A stretch of DNA of 64,000 bases from Nemertoderma westbladi (Eukaryota > Animalia > Xenacoelomorpha): assembly GCA_032718475.1 (NCBI GenBank), contig JAUCBJ010007822.1, positions 124,001 to 188,000 of the forward strand. The letters run 5' to 3'. The number at the start of each line of letters is the position of its first letter. Positions within the stretch are counted from its first letter, which is position 1. Below are positions 61,462 through 64,000 of the stretch, in pieces. A program made the translations under genes and the position numbers. The notes under the pieces were generated by a model that saw only the letters and a list, made by a program, of their open reading frames with translations, did not search any database and had not been told where the DNA came from.

Positions 61462-64000
61462 TGTAAAAGCTTTTGCTGAATTGCCCGGTTATTTTTCCTT
61501 ATTTTTCCCGTAAAATACTCTGTAGTTGGTTTAATAGGCGTAAGAGGCCGTATTATTGCTGTATCGGTGTTTTTAGAGGATCTAAGAGCTATTTCTTCCG
61601 TATGTGTACTGTGGAAGGCATAGTTGATGATTCTATGGCAATTCCTTGACGCAAAAGGGGCTAGATACTCTTGAACAGTAGTTACTATGACGACGGTTAA
61701 CAGCTGATATTCATACGTGTCGATTTTCTTTGTTCTACGGCATCTCTTAGTTCAGTCAACCAATCAGAGCGTTTTTACGGCTCTTGTGCAGAAATTTCCG
61801 AGAAATCACGCAATGCTTTATGGGCAGTGTTATCATTCTGTCCTGAGCCAGGAAGAACGGCTTTGGAATATTTTGTGCTGTTCTGCTTTTAGCCTAACAC
61901 TAGTAGGCTTAATTATAAGGACATATATCCGTTATCATAACACACTGTGCAACTCAATACTTACCTACTAACCTAACTCAACTGGGCAATGCATATATCT
62001 TGTTGTACATACTTTTATATTGTTATACTGCTATTTACTGTCGATTATTCATTATATGGTGATGAAATATTATATTGGAATAACGAGAAATAACCCCGAA
62101 ACCCCAATATTCTTGATATACCGAAGGTAAGAGAGAAAGGTTACATATAACGATTGTGACTTATGTTAAAGTGGTTTGAAGTGAATCTAATGTTATTTGA
62201 TAGACCCTACATGAGTCGGTCCGTGTTCCTTTTATATGTGACTAAAATCAGTGAAGATCGGCAGATCAGTGTGCAGTATTGTGCAGCATTGTGTATGAGT
62301 GAGACTGATAACGAAGCATTTCCTAAAGAATGCGCCATATATGTGAATTGTAACTAAGCCATATCGTTGCGTGTAGTTTAAGTCATAGCTCTGTTTATAT
62401 AGATAGAGCGCCACGTCCAAAAGGAACTGTTAATATTCCCCGAAGGTGAATAATATTGTCAGAGATTATATAATACTGTCAGTCGAATAATACATTAGGC
62501 TTACATAGCAATACGATTAAGCTGTCGAAATCAATCTCCCGGGTATATCCAACGGGTGAATGATCGCGCACAGATTGGTTTCAACTAGTGTAGTGAATCA
62601 AATACTTGTCAGAGGCTAAAAGCGATTTATTATCTAGAAGACATCCTAATTTGGCGGGTTAAACTGCCAAAGGTCTGAAAGCGCGAACAATAACGGATAT
62701 TGCTTCTGTATTGCAATAGGCAATAAAGCTGAAGTACCGGCAACCGGTACCCAGTAGGCCTGACTACCTAACCACCCGGACCGGTACATACAGCAGTACA
62801 GGTACAGCAGTATTATTCGATTTTGATAATTATATACCGGTAGGCCTTAATAATTAATCAGGGACTGCAGCCCTGGTTTTTTATTGAGATTTTTACTTAT
62901 TTCTGTCAAGTTTTATTTGTTTGAAGGCCAGTATTGAACAGAAGGCGTGTAAGCCTGATCAGATTGTACAGACAATTTGTAGGCTGAGCTGTTGTCTGAT
63001 TGCTGTTAAGTCTGAACGGATTGCAGTGTGTGTAGATCACCTGTCCGATAAAGAACGGTTAGGAAGTAGGGGCAGCGAATGCTGTAAGGTAAACCCCCAA
63101 TTAAAGAATAAGTCGTACTACTGGGTTAGAACGCATACTACCTAATTATTTCGGAGTCTGCATGTCCTGTAGTTTATTTAGGCTTGAGAGTAGTCTGCCA
63201 TCGTTTAGTCTGTACTTTGTTTGTGTAAGTCTGCACGGGTAGCGTATAATTTTATTTAGATAATTTGTAGGCTGGATAGTTGTCTGGCTGTTGTTGGGTC
63301 TGAACGGATTGCAGCGTGTGTAGATCACTTGTCCGATAAAGAACGGTTAGGAAGTAGGGGCAGCGAATGCTGTAAGGTAAACCCCCAATTAAAGAATAAG
63401 TCGTACTACTGGGCTAGAACGCATACTACCTAATTATTTCGGAGTCTGCATATACCGTAGTTTGTTTAGGCTTGATAGTAGTCTGTCAGTGTTCGGTCTG
63501 CATTTTGTTTGAGTAGTTTGTACGCGTAGCGTAATATTTATTATTCAGAGTTTATGTGATTATTCGCAACATTCATTCCCCAAGTTTGTTCCTACAGTAA
63601 TTGTGTTTGTTATACATGCCGTTATAGTTAAACTAACCCCGGTACTACACGGGCTGCTTGGCGTAGGTAAAGACTGGTGATTTTGTGCACCGGTCACTCC
63701 AGCAGATGCCGTGGTTCTTTTAGCTGTTCAAGTATATTTAACTACTGATTATCTGTTGTACAAGTACTCGTACCTAATTTAGGGTTTAGTGTACAGTGCT
63801 TTCCGAAGGTAATTAGTGTGTAGGCATTATATTTGTGTTGTAAAGTGGTTGATAGGCACGTTCGATTAGCTCTATTAACTTCTAGGTAGGAACACTCCGT
63901 GATACATAACGTAGTACCTATAGTGATACGGCTATAGGTCGTCAGGCGGTGGTATTTTCCTATCTGGACAACGCAGTGTATTTACTACTACTTATTATTT
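61462..64000 (+). mobile_element. Second member of the same BEL/Pao family: 5' LTR (61462-62689) and 5' leader, running off the right edge
   Basis: Begins TGTAAAAGCTTTTG and ends GCGCGAACA. 61845-64000 is largely a reverse-complement homolog of ~22820-25075; the U3-side portion is divergent. Confidence 0.92.

Overview
Repeat-rich eukaryotic (animal-like) genomic DNA. Four host genes are recognisable: the 5' end of CNOT11 (minus strand, running off the left edge), single-ORF PGAP4/TMEM246-like and RSPH10B-like genes, and a three-exon mitochondrial ISCU. About a third of the window is three tandem satellites (44, 36 and 51 bp units). There is also a cluster of decayed CR1/L2-like and RTE-like LINE fragments and several fold-back/MITE elements. 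The main element is a young 12.9-kb BEL/Pao LTR retrotransposon (12496-25427; near-identical 1203-bp LTRs, 5-bp TSD) that keeps gag-protease but lacks RT and integrase. A second, diverged family member starts at 61462. The most notable observation is that neither copy has a tRNA primer-binding site. Instead, the 11 nt next to the 5' LTR (ATAACGGATAT) are exactly complementary to a conserved 11-mer inside the LTR, the arrangement used by Tf1-type self-priming. I know of no BEL/Pao precedent; this is an inference that needs transcription start site mapping. All family assignments come from motif recognition by eye, with no database searches.
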